Assembly: GCA_000002445.1 (NCBI GenBank)
Contig: CP000070.1
Coordinates: 64,001 to 128,000, forward strand
Origin: Trypanosoma brucei
Lineage: Eukaryota
Length of the DNA: 64,000 bases
Direction of reading: 5' to 3'
Position numbers and translations under genes: made by a program. A model generated the notes under the pieces. That model saw only the letters and a program-made list of their open reading frames with translations. It was not told the DNA's origin and made no database searches. Positions 46,317 to 57,220 of the stretch are shown one piece after another. Every line of letters begins with the position of its first letter. Position 1 is the first letter of the stretch.

Positions 46317-47465
46317 AGTGTTGCCTCTTTTGCTTCTCTCCCTTGATTCCTCTCCCCAATGTGTAGAGAAAGGAAAATTAGAAAGTAGTTAAAGGGAAAT
46401 ACAAAATAAATAAATAAATAACGTACAGACTTGAGTCGGAGCGTGGAAATTTAGTTCCATCACCACCTTCCTCCACCGAATCGTTTTTTAGTTGTAAAAA
46501 GAAAGTTTCTGATAAGAGCAACAAAGCAAGTGTTGGTAATATCATCCATCCGTACTAATTCCTCCTTGCAAGTGACCTTATCTGTTTGCGAGGACTCGGG
46601 GAAAGGAAATGAAGCTCACGTCTCATTTTTTACTTTTTACACATCCTCCCAACCTGAGTCATATAAACGGTAAAGCTCAATATTTTGTTGCCGGCATTTT
46701 TCTTATGCGCTCGTAAATTGGTTTCTTATACGCTGTATTATTCCTTCTTCAGCAAAGTTATTTGCACACCACTGCAGTGAAGGTTACACGTTTTTTTTAT
46801 TTTTTGCGGACACACCGAAACAAACAAAAAAGGAGGGAAATGGGTGTAAGTTCCTGCGTAGCAACGAAGCGCACGACAGAAAGTGAAACATAATTAGAAA
46901 AGAGACAGCGAGAAGAGGTGGACAAAGATAAATAAATAAATAAATAATGATTTAATAACAGGATAATTAAACACGAGGAAATGATGATCCTGAAGAGGGA
47001 CACCAAACATTTCCTTCGTGTTAATCACATAACACACGCCCATAAAAAAAAAACTTCGTCCGCTTACCTTTTGTACTGCCCGACCGCTGTTGATGTTTTA
47101 CCCACTCGCGCCACTTCTTCAGCCTCTTTCACAATGTTTGTTGTGCGTAACTCACCTTTTTCTTTTATGTGCAAAGTTTCGGCTAACGTAGCGTTGGGTG
47201 AGTGGCAACCAATCGTGTATATATAAGAAGCTACTTTAGATTTGGATACCTATGCGTAGAAGGGTTAGAAACAATGTAGAACAAAGACACCGAAAAGGGA
47301 AAAACAAACACGCACATATCTTTCAATTTGTGCATGCTTCTATAAACTCTATGCCGTCATCCGTCCAAAATTTCTTTCACTGTTTTCGTCTTCCCCCCCC
47401 CCTCCCCAGCTTCCTCTATGTGAAGCAGAAGATGACAATAAGCGTTGTATGAAAGAAGGTTACTT

Positions 47466-48983
47466 TTACATTCTGTCAATGTAATCATAATTCCATACAT
47501 TTACCCGGTGATCACCACCAGAGGACAAAATAAATTTCTTTTCCTTGCTAAAGGCAATGCGATAAACAAACCTTCGGTGCGCCACGGCTCGCCAAAGCGG
47601 CTCTCCAGTCATGGCATCTGTGAGTCGCATGTTATCATCCCGTCCACATGAAAGTATAGCTCGACCTCTGGGAGTAAACTTAACCATATGAACTGGTTTT
47701 TCGTGGTGCCGCAGCAGCAGCGTTGGAGATGATGAGTTCCTAATGTCCCAAACACGTATGACACCGTCTATCCCGCAGGAAGCGAATACTTGCTCATCAT
47801 TACGGAGGGCGCAGCACCACACAGTAGATGCATGATCAATGAACCGATCTATGACACAGTCGCCGCCGCTGCGGAGATCATGAGCGTAAATTATGTTATC
47901 ATCCCCCGCAGAAAGGGCGAAGTGGTTGTTTAGATCAGATGTCACAACCGTAAACACGGAGGCGGCGCTACACCCAATGGTTTGTACGCATGTGCTGGTA
48001 GATGCATCCCATATACGGACCGTACAGTCCATAGACGCCGTCGCGACACGGTCATCGCCTAAAAGAAAGTCCACACCATACACTTTTCGTTGGTGCCCGG
48101 AGAATACGCAACTCGTGGATCCGTCAACGCTGTGCATTGACGCTGTACAGTCGGAGCGCCCAGCCACCACGTGCCTTTCGTCGTGCGAAAGCGCATTAGA
48201 TAAGACAACACTATCTTGTACATCGAATTCTGCAGTAACCTCGGCCGTTTTCAGATCCCACCGCAACATTTGTGCCTTCGTGCCAGAAAACACCGTTGTA
48301 CCATTGCTGGTGAGAGACATGGCATACGAAGTTGTCTTTTCTGTTAAAATAGAACGCACCAGGTTCGGTACCTTCTCTGGTTCTGCCTTGGTGGTGGTGG
48401 CACTCCCTACATCGTGGACGGCATTCTCTTCAGATTCGAACAATTCCATGGGTGAGGGTGTTTCACGTGGCGAGTCTTCCGCAAAGGGATCATTGGGCAC
48501 CTTACGCTTTTCCTGGTACGTTGTAGTGCCGTTGGATACTTCAACCTCCACTCGCTTGACTTGACGCGGGCGGGCATTACTTCCTGCACACAAGTGCTCC
48601 ATTTTAACCAAATTGACGGTACACATACGTTTTTTCACGACAACGAGACATTCCGTCATATTGGAGCGCCGGGCCTCATCGAGCCTCTCACAGGCATCAG
48701 GTGGGTACAGTTCCCATTCACCGGGCATGTCAAGATCCTCTACAAACCACGCGAATTTTCTCGTTGAATCGTCCGGCGCGTCGTCGTCTTCCGGTGGCGG
48801 TGGTAAATCCTCCTGAATACATAATGGGATGGTAACATATCCAATTCCATTAAAGCGAGGTTCACCAACACGTCGCTTCGTTTGAAGTCGCCGAACACTG
48901 CGGTCCGTGGAAACTTGCCTGGCGCTGGTTGCTTTTTTCCGCGGTATGCTTCCACCGCCACCCATTATTAGTAGTATACACAC
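47466..48983 (-). CDS. WD40-repeat protein with an N-terminal WWE-like domain.
   Basis: 505-aa ORF. FAWFVEDLDMPGEWELYPPDACERLDEA is WWE-like. Several WD repeats ending in VRIWD or IRVWD. Confidence 0.55.
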   Translation of the reverse strand: MCILLIMGGGGSIPRKKATSARQVSTDRSVRRLQTKRRVGEPRFNGIGYVTIPLCIQEDLPPPPEDDDAPDDSTRKFAWFVEDLDMPGEWELYPPDACERLDEARRSNMTECLVVVKKRMCTVNLVKMEHLCAGSNARPRQVKRVEVEVSNGTTTYQEKRKVPNDPFAEDSPRETPSPMELFESEENAVHDVGSATTTKAEPEKVPNLVRSILTEKTTSYAMSLTSNGTTVFSGTKAQMLRWDLKTAEVTAEFDVQDSVVLSNALSHDERHVVAGRSDCTASMHSVDGSTSCVFSGHQRKVYGVDFLLGDDRVATASMDCTVRIWDASTSTCVQTIGCSAASVFTVVTSDLNNHFALSAGDDNIIYAHDLRSGGDCVIDRFIDHASTVWCCALRNDEQVFASCGIDGVIRVWDIRNSSSPTLLLRHHEKPVHMVKFTPRGRAILSCGRDDNMRLTDAMTGEPLWRAVAHRRFVYRIAFSKEKKFILSSGGDHRVNVWNYDYIDRM

Positions 48984-50076
48984 GCCTCCTCTTAATCTTA
49001 CTCGCTAAATCCGATAGCCTTTCTGATCAAAAAATAAAAAAAAAATCCGTTCTCCTGCTGCTGCAAACAACTCAAAAAAGAAAAAAGTTCGTGATGCTTC
49101 CTCCCAGTTGGGTGAGAGCTGGAGAAACTCAGTTCTTAACAAGATGATATATAGAAGTTACGCGCATCCACAAAGTAGAATTCAATAAAGCATTTGTTCA
49201 TTCTACCGTCCTTTCTCAAGCCACGGGTGTAACGGCGGCAACAATGTCACCAGTACAAGAAATAGAGGGAAATAATGAGACGATGGCACCAACTTACACC
49301 AAATCGGTTACCCGAGCTGTTTTTTCTTTTTTTTTTGTTCTTTTAATCCTCCTACTGTTAGTTTCTTCCCTGTTATTTTCCCCCATTTTTGGAAAGTGTT
49401 TTAACACTAAGAGAAGAATGTGAGACATTACCTTTAATTTCTCTCATCTGTATCGTCGTTATTTCCCCCCTCTCATCACTGCTGGTTATTTCTGCATTGC
49501 GCCATGACACTTACGCAACTTTTAAACATTTGTCGCAAACTCAGTTCCCGCCTTCGCTGCGGCACACAATAAAAATTAGTTGGATAAAACACTGAAGAGG
49601 CGCCACACTGATCCAAATTTGATGCGCCTTGTCATGGGTCAGGTCACAGCGACAGAAGGACCCTTTTTCAACTTACACTATATTTCATATTTGCGCATCT
49701 AATGCCGATCTTGCTGTTGTACTTTTGATTGCTTTCGCTACGAAAAGTAACTTACTGCGTACCTCCAATATACCTCGATCTTCGCTACTTCACAGCATCC
49801 TTCAGTGAACAAACTGATGTTTGTGAGGTAAGGAAAAAAAAAACAACAGGCCCAAACGATAGTTTTCATTAAAAGAAGGCAAAAGGCGCGAGCACACAAA
49901 CCAAAACTAATATACACATATACATAAACGTGGACGTGCGTAAATGATAGCTGTAACAATTCGTTAAGAGTAAACAACCCGCTCGCAGAAAATGAAAACA
50001 ACCGGGTACTGCATATGTGATAACATATATATATATATTATGGGCGTTAAGAAACTGTAAAAAAAGGAGGAGAGGA

Positions 50077-52452
50077 CTAACGTAAAGTCGATCCCACTGC
50101 ATTTTTCGCATCAGTTAGGTCAGTAAGCCACTGCTTATTAGTGTCGACGCCCGTTCTGCGGAACACTTCATCGATTTGTGGGATAATTTCTTCTTTGATC
50201 ATCCGAGTCCATTCTTCCACGCAACGGCTCTCCACTTCACACACATCAGTGTTGACCCCATCCGTCTCCTCACACCCCTCATTTCTGGAAGAGCACATGT
50301 TGTGCTCAACAGCTTTAAGTGAAAGCAGTTGACGGAGCATATAAGCAACAGCAAGCGCGGCTGTGGCGGGGTCATCGTTTTTGCATGACGATTCAATGAT
50401 CATTTCGCAAGTACGTAAAGGAAGTGAGTATCCCTTCCAGCGAGTGGTGACTCCGCAATCCTCACTATTAATCTCCTCATCAGTGAGCTGCTTTTGTTCA
50501 TCAATGTTCCAACGACTTTCAGCATAACGGTATATATGGCTGAACACATCCTTCACCATATCATGCATACCCCAGGTGTACAAACACTCAACAAAGATAG
50601 ACACGGATGGATACCTCCAATCCCATTGATTATACGACTGGGTGAAAATGACCATAACAGGAGGGATGCCAGTTCCAGTTTCCCCTGTAATTTCCCCTTC
50701 GGCGGTTGCCGTATAGAACAAGCCATCGAGAACACCCTCAAACAACAAGCAAAACACTTCTTGTCTCACATTCACCTGATCCCTATTTCGTTGGCGTTTA
50801 CGATGACCACTACGCCCTTCTGGCAGCCGCAGAAGCAAATGCCGTAGGCATCGAAGCGCAGCCTCCGTCCCTTCCTTCCATATCTGTAATGAATCGTCAC
50901 CACAGGAATCCTTATAGTTACTTTTACAAACATCATTGGAGTTTGTACACATAAAAAACTTATCCTTTTCTACCCCACCCTTCGGACCTGTTGCCTTTTT
51001 CTGAAGATCGCGCTGTCGCCTTAATATGTGTCTAACCAACCAGACACACACATGAGAGGTTTTTACGTCCTGAGCAGTACCAGCGAGCCGCTGCCGCTGT
51101 GAAAGTATGCAGGGCCCCTCCAGTACATGAGAAATTGCGCTTCTACGCGTTAATTCAGATTGGAGCATGTCACTAATCCCGTTCAGAAATTGTATGTAGA
51201 GCTGGGGATTGAATTTCACACAAAACCCTTCAGGTGCTACAATGGAGGCAATGGAATGCCTACTTCGAAGGAAAGGATTGAGATGCACGGCTTGAAGTTG
51301 CATACCCACTGATATAAAGCGGCAGAACGCTTCCTGCGCTGTACCAATGGGCCCGTGGCACTGTACCACACGTAAACAGCAAGCCCGACCAGCGGCGAGT
51401 ATATCACTAATATGATGTGCAGGATCAAACTCCGACCATAACATATCGTTGACACCGTCGTGGCATCCATTTTCTTCCTGGGGCTCTATTTTGAGCGAAG
51501 GCACTTCCCCCGTGGTGATGCGGCGTAATATCTCAAGTATCATCAAATAACCGTCAGATCCTAGTGGTAATCCTCTTTCAGGACAATCCAGCAAAAGAAT
51601 CCGAAATGCATCTTTGTGCAAAGAGAGATCACACTCGCCGGTGCCTCCGCCCGAGGCACATTTAAGAAGATAACGCGCATATGACACATGCAGATGCGAT
51701 GACCTTCTTACAACCTCTTCAGGAAAATTTTCAGATGAGGTTGAGGAAGGCGGCATAAGCGAAGTATGAAGCGTTTGATAAGCAGCCTTGACCACATTCT
51801 GCGGCGCCCCAAAGTGAATAAGGCACTGCAAAAGACTCCCACATAAATCGATCTGTTGCTTAGCAGTAAGACTCACTCCCCCCTCTGATGAGGGAAGATT
51901 CAAAAACAGTCGTAATGCCAAATCCCATAGGACAACACCCTCCAGAGATGTTTTCGCCTTAATTTCACCTTTTTCTTTCGTTTCACACGGGCCATTAGAC
52001 GCACCTTCTCGATGCCGTCTTACACTGTCGAAACCCCTCTTGTTTACCTTCGCCAAAGCTGATATCAGTAATTGTGTTGCCCCCACCCTCTCGTCAGCCG
52101 ATAAATCCAGTAATTTATTCTCTTGACACATGTTCTCACAGCAGGCAATTAGTTGTGATGTCTCCAAGGTTGTTTGGCAATCGAATCCCTCGTCGTTCCC
52201 CTCATCACAAATATCGGAGGACACAACCTTCGTATTATGGGGGTTCTGTTGTCTCATATGCTGGCGCCTTAGCAAAGAGATTACGCCCCGCACATCACAA
52301 CATCTCCTCTGTTGCATCCCAAAGGTGTGCAAGTACCCAGAAGCAAATGAAACTCGAATTATTGCATGCCGCCTAAAGCCCCGGTGCAGTACAAACATAT
52401 CAGCTGAACTATAAGCAATGAACGATCCAGTTACTAACCGGTGCGGTGACAC
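50077..52452 (-). CDS. Hypothetical protein.
   Basis: Long 791-aa minus-strand ORF consistent with the cluster orientation. No motif recognised. Confidence 0.45.
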   Translation of the reverse strand: MSPHRLVTGSFIAYSSADMFVLHRGFRRHAIIRVSFASGYLHTFGMQQRRCCDVRGVISLLRRQHMRQQNPHNTKVVSSDICDEGNDEGFDCQTTLETSQLIACCENMCQENKLLDLSADERVGATQLLISALAKVNKRGFDSVRRHREGASNGPCETKEKGEIKAKTSLEGVVLWDLALRLFLNLPSSEGGVSLTAKQQIDLCGSLLQCLIHFGAPQNVVKAAYQTLHTSLMPPSSTSSENFPEEVVRRSSHLHVSYARYLLKCASGGGTGECDLSLHKDAFRILLLDCPERGLPLGSDGYLMILEILRRITTGEVPSLKIEPQEENGCHDGVNDMLWSEFDPAHHISDILAAGRACCLRVVQCHGPIGTAQEAFCRFISVGMQLQAVHLNPFLRSRHSIASIVAPEGFCVKFNPQLYIQFLNGISDMLQSELTRRSAISHVLEGPCILSQRQRLAGTAQDVKTSHVCVWLVRHILRRQRDLQKKATGPKGGVEKDKFFMCTNSNDVCKSNYKDSCGDDSLQIWKEGTEAALRCLRHLLLRLPEGRSGHRKRQRNRDQVNVRQEVFCLLFEGVLDGLFYTATAEGEITGETGTGIPPVMVIFTQSYNQWDWRYPSVSIFVECLYTWGMHDMVKDVFSHIYRYAESRWNIDEQKQLTDEEINSEDCGVTTRWKGYSLPLRTCEMIIESSCKNDDPATAALAVAYMLRQLLSLKAVEHNMCSSRNEGCEETDGVNTDVCEVESRCVEEWTRMIKEEIIPQIDEVFRRTGVDTNKQWLTDLTDAKNAVGSTLR

Positions 52453-52993
52453 CCCATGCTACAAAACAGAAAGGCAACAAGAATATTATCAGCTCTGCGA
52501 AAGAAGAGGGATACAGAGTAACTATTGAGTCGAGCGTGCGCGTATTTTGAGGGAAGTTTGATGTGATGGGGCACAGCACATCGATGAAGCACTCTGATGA
52601 GATTTTTAAAGAAAAAGAAAAGAGTAGAGGCAGGGCGACTTGTGGACGAGGGCTCATTTCAAAACTTCAGTAGTTTAGTCTATCATCATAGTGAAGCGAC
52701 CAGACACACTTCTGCAGGTGCATATAGGAGGAACAGTATGAGAAAAAGAGAGGGGATTCTATGCATCGCTTCGAAAAAGGGTTTTAAAAAAAATCACCCT
52801 GTATGTCCCTGTTTAATGTGTCCATCCACCTGATTCTCAATATATTTTATATTCCCTCCACTCTTCTCACTTACAGTTACCTCTTTCATTTAACCTGCAT
52901 TCGGCCACAGTGAGAAAACCCAAAACTTTGTGTCCCTCACCTTGTTTTAAAGCGTCCCCTCTCGTCACAATCCTCACCACAACGCCACTCACA

Positions 52994-53587
52994 TTATTTC
53001 TCTGAGGTTTCCTTCTTGTTATCTTTCGCCCGTTTGTTCTTCAGGTCGTAGTTGTACACCCGTGAAATATTGATCTGCAGGTTGGTTATTTGTTCCTGCA
53101 GCCACGCAAGGTCCTCTTTGGTATTACGCATATTGACCTCCGCGTTGCTGAGGTTCTTCTTAAGTAACGCTGATGCTTCTTCGAAGGTGTACTCAACCAT
53201 CACTTTGGCACCCATCCACAAATGAACAGTCTTCTGTGGCCTTACAATGGCTTCACCGAAGACAGAATCCGTAAGACAGTAATAAGAGCGAATACCGGCC
53301 CTTTTCCCGTCTTCCTCCTGTTGCTCTGCCTCCTCTAGCTGCTTCTGCAGAAACTCCAGTGAGTTTAGGGTTTTCTTAATAGTCGGTATTTTGTAATCAA
53401 GATTGGCAAGGCTGCTCACAAGGCGCTTTTCCATGTGCTCGTATTTTGAAGACTCCATCAGTAAGTTACTGATGACCGTGTCAGCGCCACCGCCATTGCT
53501 GACGTAAGCAGCAACGTCCGGTATGTACGCAATGCGCGGGATATTACGTGGATTCACGTAGTCCTCGGGAAATTCGTACTTTTCCAT
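52994..53587 (-). CDS. Prefoldin subunit 3 (alpha-type, VBP1-like).
   Basis: 197-aa ORF. VHLWMGAKVMVEYTFEEASALLKKNLSNAEVNMRNTKEDLAWLQEQITNLQINISRVYNYD matches the conserved core of prefoldin subunit 3, flanked by coiled coils. Confidence 0.65.
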   Translation of the reverse strand: MEKYEFPEDYVNPRNIPRIAYIPDVAAYVSNGGGADTVISNLLMESSKYEHMEKRLVSSLANLDYKIPTIKKTLNSLEFLQKQLEEAEQQEEDGKRAGIRSYYCLTDSVFGEAIVRPQKTVHLWMGAKVMVEYTFEEASALLKKNLSNAEVNMRNTKEDLAWLQEQITNLQINISRVYNYDLKNKRAKDNKKETSEK

Positions 53588-54593
53588 TACCTTCTTATCT
53601 GTTGACCCGTATTACCTTAAGAAACGCGAATGAGAGAATGAAGGAGAATACTAACAGCATGGGTGCCTGTTCACTATTAAGAGAAACCTTGGTTTTAACT
53701 ATTACGTTCCACTTACCCACAGGTACAGAAACAGGCATATATGTATTCGTATTCGCGACAATTTTTGTCCCTCCGCTCCCGCCAGCGCTATTCACAAGCA
53801 CACACACGCGCCTCCATTTTGAGTTTTCTTTTTTTTTTTCCTGCCGACAGCTGCCTCACTTCACTCGCCGCCCCCCCCCCCATAAAGTTATCTCTCACTT
53901 GGTACGTCAAAATGCGAGATATGGTTGGGCATGCATTTCCATCAATGCCACGTAAGGAAGGACAGCACTTGTATATTTCGGTTCCAAACGAGAATATACA
54001 CCTCTTCATGCCTGGAAAAACAATCAACGTGATAACACAACCCTCACAAGTGGTGAACGATAACCATTCCGGAACCCCAACTCCTGCTATTTCCTTTTAT
54101 CCCTTCCACAAGTATAAACCATTATATACAAATATTTATGTGTGTATTTGCATGTAGCCGAAAGCACGGATGACAAAAAGTTTCTCCCGTGGTCCATTAC
54201 ATTTCTTCCTTCACCTTTCAGTGTTTCACAATCACTGATAGTGTTTTAACCTTATACGCGTACGCTTTATTCTGTCGTCAATTTGATTAGGATCGCTTCT
54301 GCAAGGGATGAAAACGTGAGAATGGGGTGAGGCATTTGAAAGTCTAATGCAAATGCGTGTTTTCCCCATCTGTAGTAACTACAAGCACACAATCACAACT
54401 TTCAGGCGTATTGAGATATGACAGCCAATACAACCAAATGACATCCCGAGTGCTTGACGGCACGCCTGCTTGTAATACAAATCGCTTCTGACAGAGAACG
54501 CGGCTTTAAAAAAAAAAAAAGACGATGAGCTCCTTCGGGCACACGAATCTTCCTATTTTGCTTTCAAGCCTCATGCGCTGTCATTGCCATTTG

Positions 54594-56642
54594 TTACACT
54601 GAACTGGCCAATGGCATTACTCGAAGTAGCAGATACGGACGGACCTCATTGTTAAACTCACTACTCTGTAGCCACGACAATTCAGGTGGTGAAAGAAACA
54701 AAACCAAGCGACCTTCATATGCCTCTTGCAACAACTCAATCGCCCCACGATGAACATCAAGCGTTCCTTTTCCACGCTTCACGAAGTAACCCTTTTTTCG
54801 TGCGTAACTCTCACACAACTCATAGGGGGACCACACATTTGGTGCACCGCATGGACCGTGTCTCCTACTGCTTTTCTCATCATCATCATCATCGTCGTAA
54901 TAATCGCTTCTGGATAAACCGTATAAACGTTCGAGGTGCAGATGAGTTGCCAAATACGCCACGCCGCTTTGAGGGTCACGGGTTTGAGCTATTTGGTGCG
55001 TACCAAAAACGGCCTGTAAGGGACGTGGGAGACCAAAGACGGGAAAGGCGAGACCTGGAGAGTCAATAAGCACTACATTTTCCGATGGAATAGGGATCGT
55101 TTGCAGGTGTTTGGTGTGACCTGCTGTAGATGACACTGAAACCACCTTCGTTCCGCGAATGCAGTTGAGCAGACTTGACTTTCCAACATTTGGATGTCCG
55201 ACAAAACCAATCCGTATGTATTCGTCCTCCTCATCCTCTTCGTTGCCCCTTTCCCTGTCACATTTGTGAACAGTAACACTTGTATTTCCACTTCCCGCAC
55301 TTCGCCGCGAAAGGCCGATGTCACGGCATTGTTGCAGTAGCGAAGAAATCATGTTTGACACAATTTGCAGCTCTTTGTGATCTCGTCTGTCACGTTGAAG
55401 CTCCCGCTCCGCCTTTCGCATGCCTCTAAAGTTGTCTGTCTCCGCATACGACTCATCGTCACCACCCTTCACAATACCCTTAGCCACAGCAGCCGGAACC
55501 AACCTGCTAATCTCCTTTTCAAGGTCATCGCCATCGTCTTCTTCACCGTCGTCACTGCTATCATCTGTGCAAACTTGAAGCTTCCCCGTCCGTAGTTGCT
55601 CGTACAACTTATTACGTCGGTTTTTCTTCTTTCGCCGCTTCATTGCGTCACATGCCGTGTCGGTTCCAATTGCGGTTTCCTCCGATGGAAGGGCCGTAAA
55701 AGGGACAAGAGGAATCTCACGAACGATACCCGTGTCTGTCGCTTCTTCGTCGCTCGCTGCTACAACACCCATGGTCAGAAAGTATGATTGGAGGAATTCA
55801 CTCCATTTATTTAGTGTTTGAGGGGGCACGAGGTCAGCTTTGTTGAGTACAACGACACAAGCCTTCCTGCACTCCCGGACAATGTAATGCAGAAGTGAGA
55901 GCGGTAGGTGCACAACGGGATAGCGAGCATCGGTAACAATGATAACAACATCGCTCAGCTCAACCGTGCGCCATAGTTGCCTCCAAACATCGATATTGCG
56001 CTCATAGGAACTCACCTGTAGCTTCTGCATTTCTCCAGGGAGCGAATAATTGTCCAGAGCCCGAACATATTCCTTGAAGCGAGCCTGTTCACGAGCGTCC
56101 ACATGTGGGCCGTCGCGAAGGACATCACCTACTTCATCCACAACGTCATCTGTGTTGCTACTGTTGTTACAATCACTCATTGAGTCGCTCGCGTTGGGTT
56201 TAGACATAGGCACTCGGTCCACCGACCAGCCACGTGTTGGGATTTCAACAGAAAGGGGGATAATAGCGGCTTTGGTTGGACCCGGCATATTAAACCACGT
56301 ACCGAAAGGTATTCCCTCCGGTCCCATAAAATGGCGGTTGGCCAAACGCTCGTAGGAGAGTTTCTTCCGCTCCGCAACCTCCTCTGCAGTTTCCTTAAGA
56401 AACACACTGCGTATGCCAACGCGATCCGCACCGTATTTGTACTCCTCTTTCTCATGTTGGCTGTCACTGTTGTGTTCAGCACCACTCGAGCCCTCCTGAC
56501 GATATTTTTGTGTATTACACTCCTCAGTTGCACCATGTTCATCACGTTTTTTGCTTTCACTCTCCGTATTTTGTTGTTCCTTCTTCCGCTGGCGTTTCTC
56601 TTGCAGCTGCTTCTTCTTTTGTTTCCCGCTAAATGGTGCCAT
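54594..56642 (-). CDS. Circularly permuted GTPase, LSG1-like (large-subunit ribosome biogenesis GTPase).
   Basis: 682-aa ORF. G4 (VVLNKADLV) precedes G1 (GFVGHPNVGKSSLLN) and G3 (DSPGL), the permuted order typical of LSG1, NOG2 and GNL. Lys-rich N-terminus. Confidence 0.65.
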   Translation of the reverse strand: MAPFSGKQKKKQLQEKRQRKKEQQNTESESKKRDEHGATEECNTQKYRQEGSSGAEHNSDSQHEKEEYKYGADRVGIRSVFLKETAEEVAERKKLSYERLANRHFMGPEGIPFGTWFNMPGPTKAAIIPLSVEIPTRGWSVDRVPMSKPNASDSMSDCNNSSNTDDVVDEVGDVLRDGPHVDAREQARFKEYVRALDNYSLPGEMQKLQVSSYERNIDVWRQLWRTVELSDVVIIVTDARYPVVHLPLSLLHYIVRECRKACVVVLNKADLVPPQTLNKWSEFLQSYFLTMGVVAASDEEATDTGIVREIPLVPFTALPSEETAIGTDTACDAMKRRKKKNRRNKLYEQLRTGKLQVCTDDSSDDGEEDDGDDLEKEISRLVPAAVAKGIVKGGDDESYAETDNFRGMRKAERELQRDRRDHKELQIVSNMISSLLQQCRDIGLSRRSAGSGNTSVTVHKCDRERGNEEDEEDEYIRIGFVGHPNVGKSSLLNCIRGTKVVSVSSTAGHTKHLQTIPIPSENVVLIDSPGLAFPVFGLPRPLQAVFGTHQIAQTRDPQSGVAYLATHLHLERLYGLSRSDYYDDDDDDEKSSRRHGPCGAPNVWSPYELCESYARKKGYFVKRGKGTLDVHRGAIELLQEAYEGRLVLFLSPPELSWLQSSEFNNEVRPYLLLRVMPLASSV

Positions 56643-57220
56643 CTTCGACTTGGTGTAAGCTATTTCCTGTGTTCCTGCTGCCGTTACGAGTTATTACTTC
56701 TTCGCTCCACCTTCTTTCCTTCACCTTATGTTTACTCCTGCGCCTTACTTCAGTAACAAACGACTCAGATTGTCTCCCCTTCACTGTCGTGAAAAAAAAA
56801 AAAAACGGTTCCCCTAAGCAACATATATGCAAATAATAGAGCAAGAAGAGAAAGTGTGTTGACACGAAGTCAAAATTAGCGGAGAAAAAACTTTAAAATA
56901 GCTGTACAATTCCCTTTCCCCTTCCCAAAGAAAAAGAAATGCTTCGTGTCATGTGGTGCCCGCCCTTCCGCCCGCTCCATCGTTAAGTTACACAGAAACA
57001 CCCTCCGACCATTACAGTCACGGCAGCAAACAAACAACATTCAACGGAACAGGAAGTGTTAATAAGAGACGCCCAAACAACCGTTGCTACGTCCTCTCTC
57101 AGCAGTGGGGACAATAATTAGCAACGTGTTTCAGCTCACACTTGCCAACGAACAAGTAACGCTTTTGCTGCTTAGCGAAGAAGCACAACAAAACACCAGC
57201 CATGTACTCGCTGTAATACT

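Noticed and set aside
47893-48564. 223-aa plus-strand ORF.
   Set aside because: It lies entirely antisense within the WWE/WD40 gene, has a Ser/Thr-rich low-complexity composition and has no motif.
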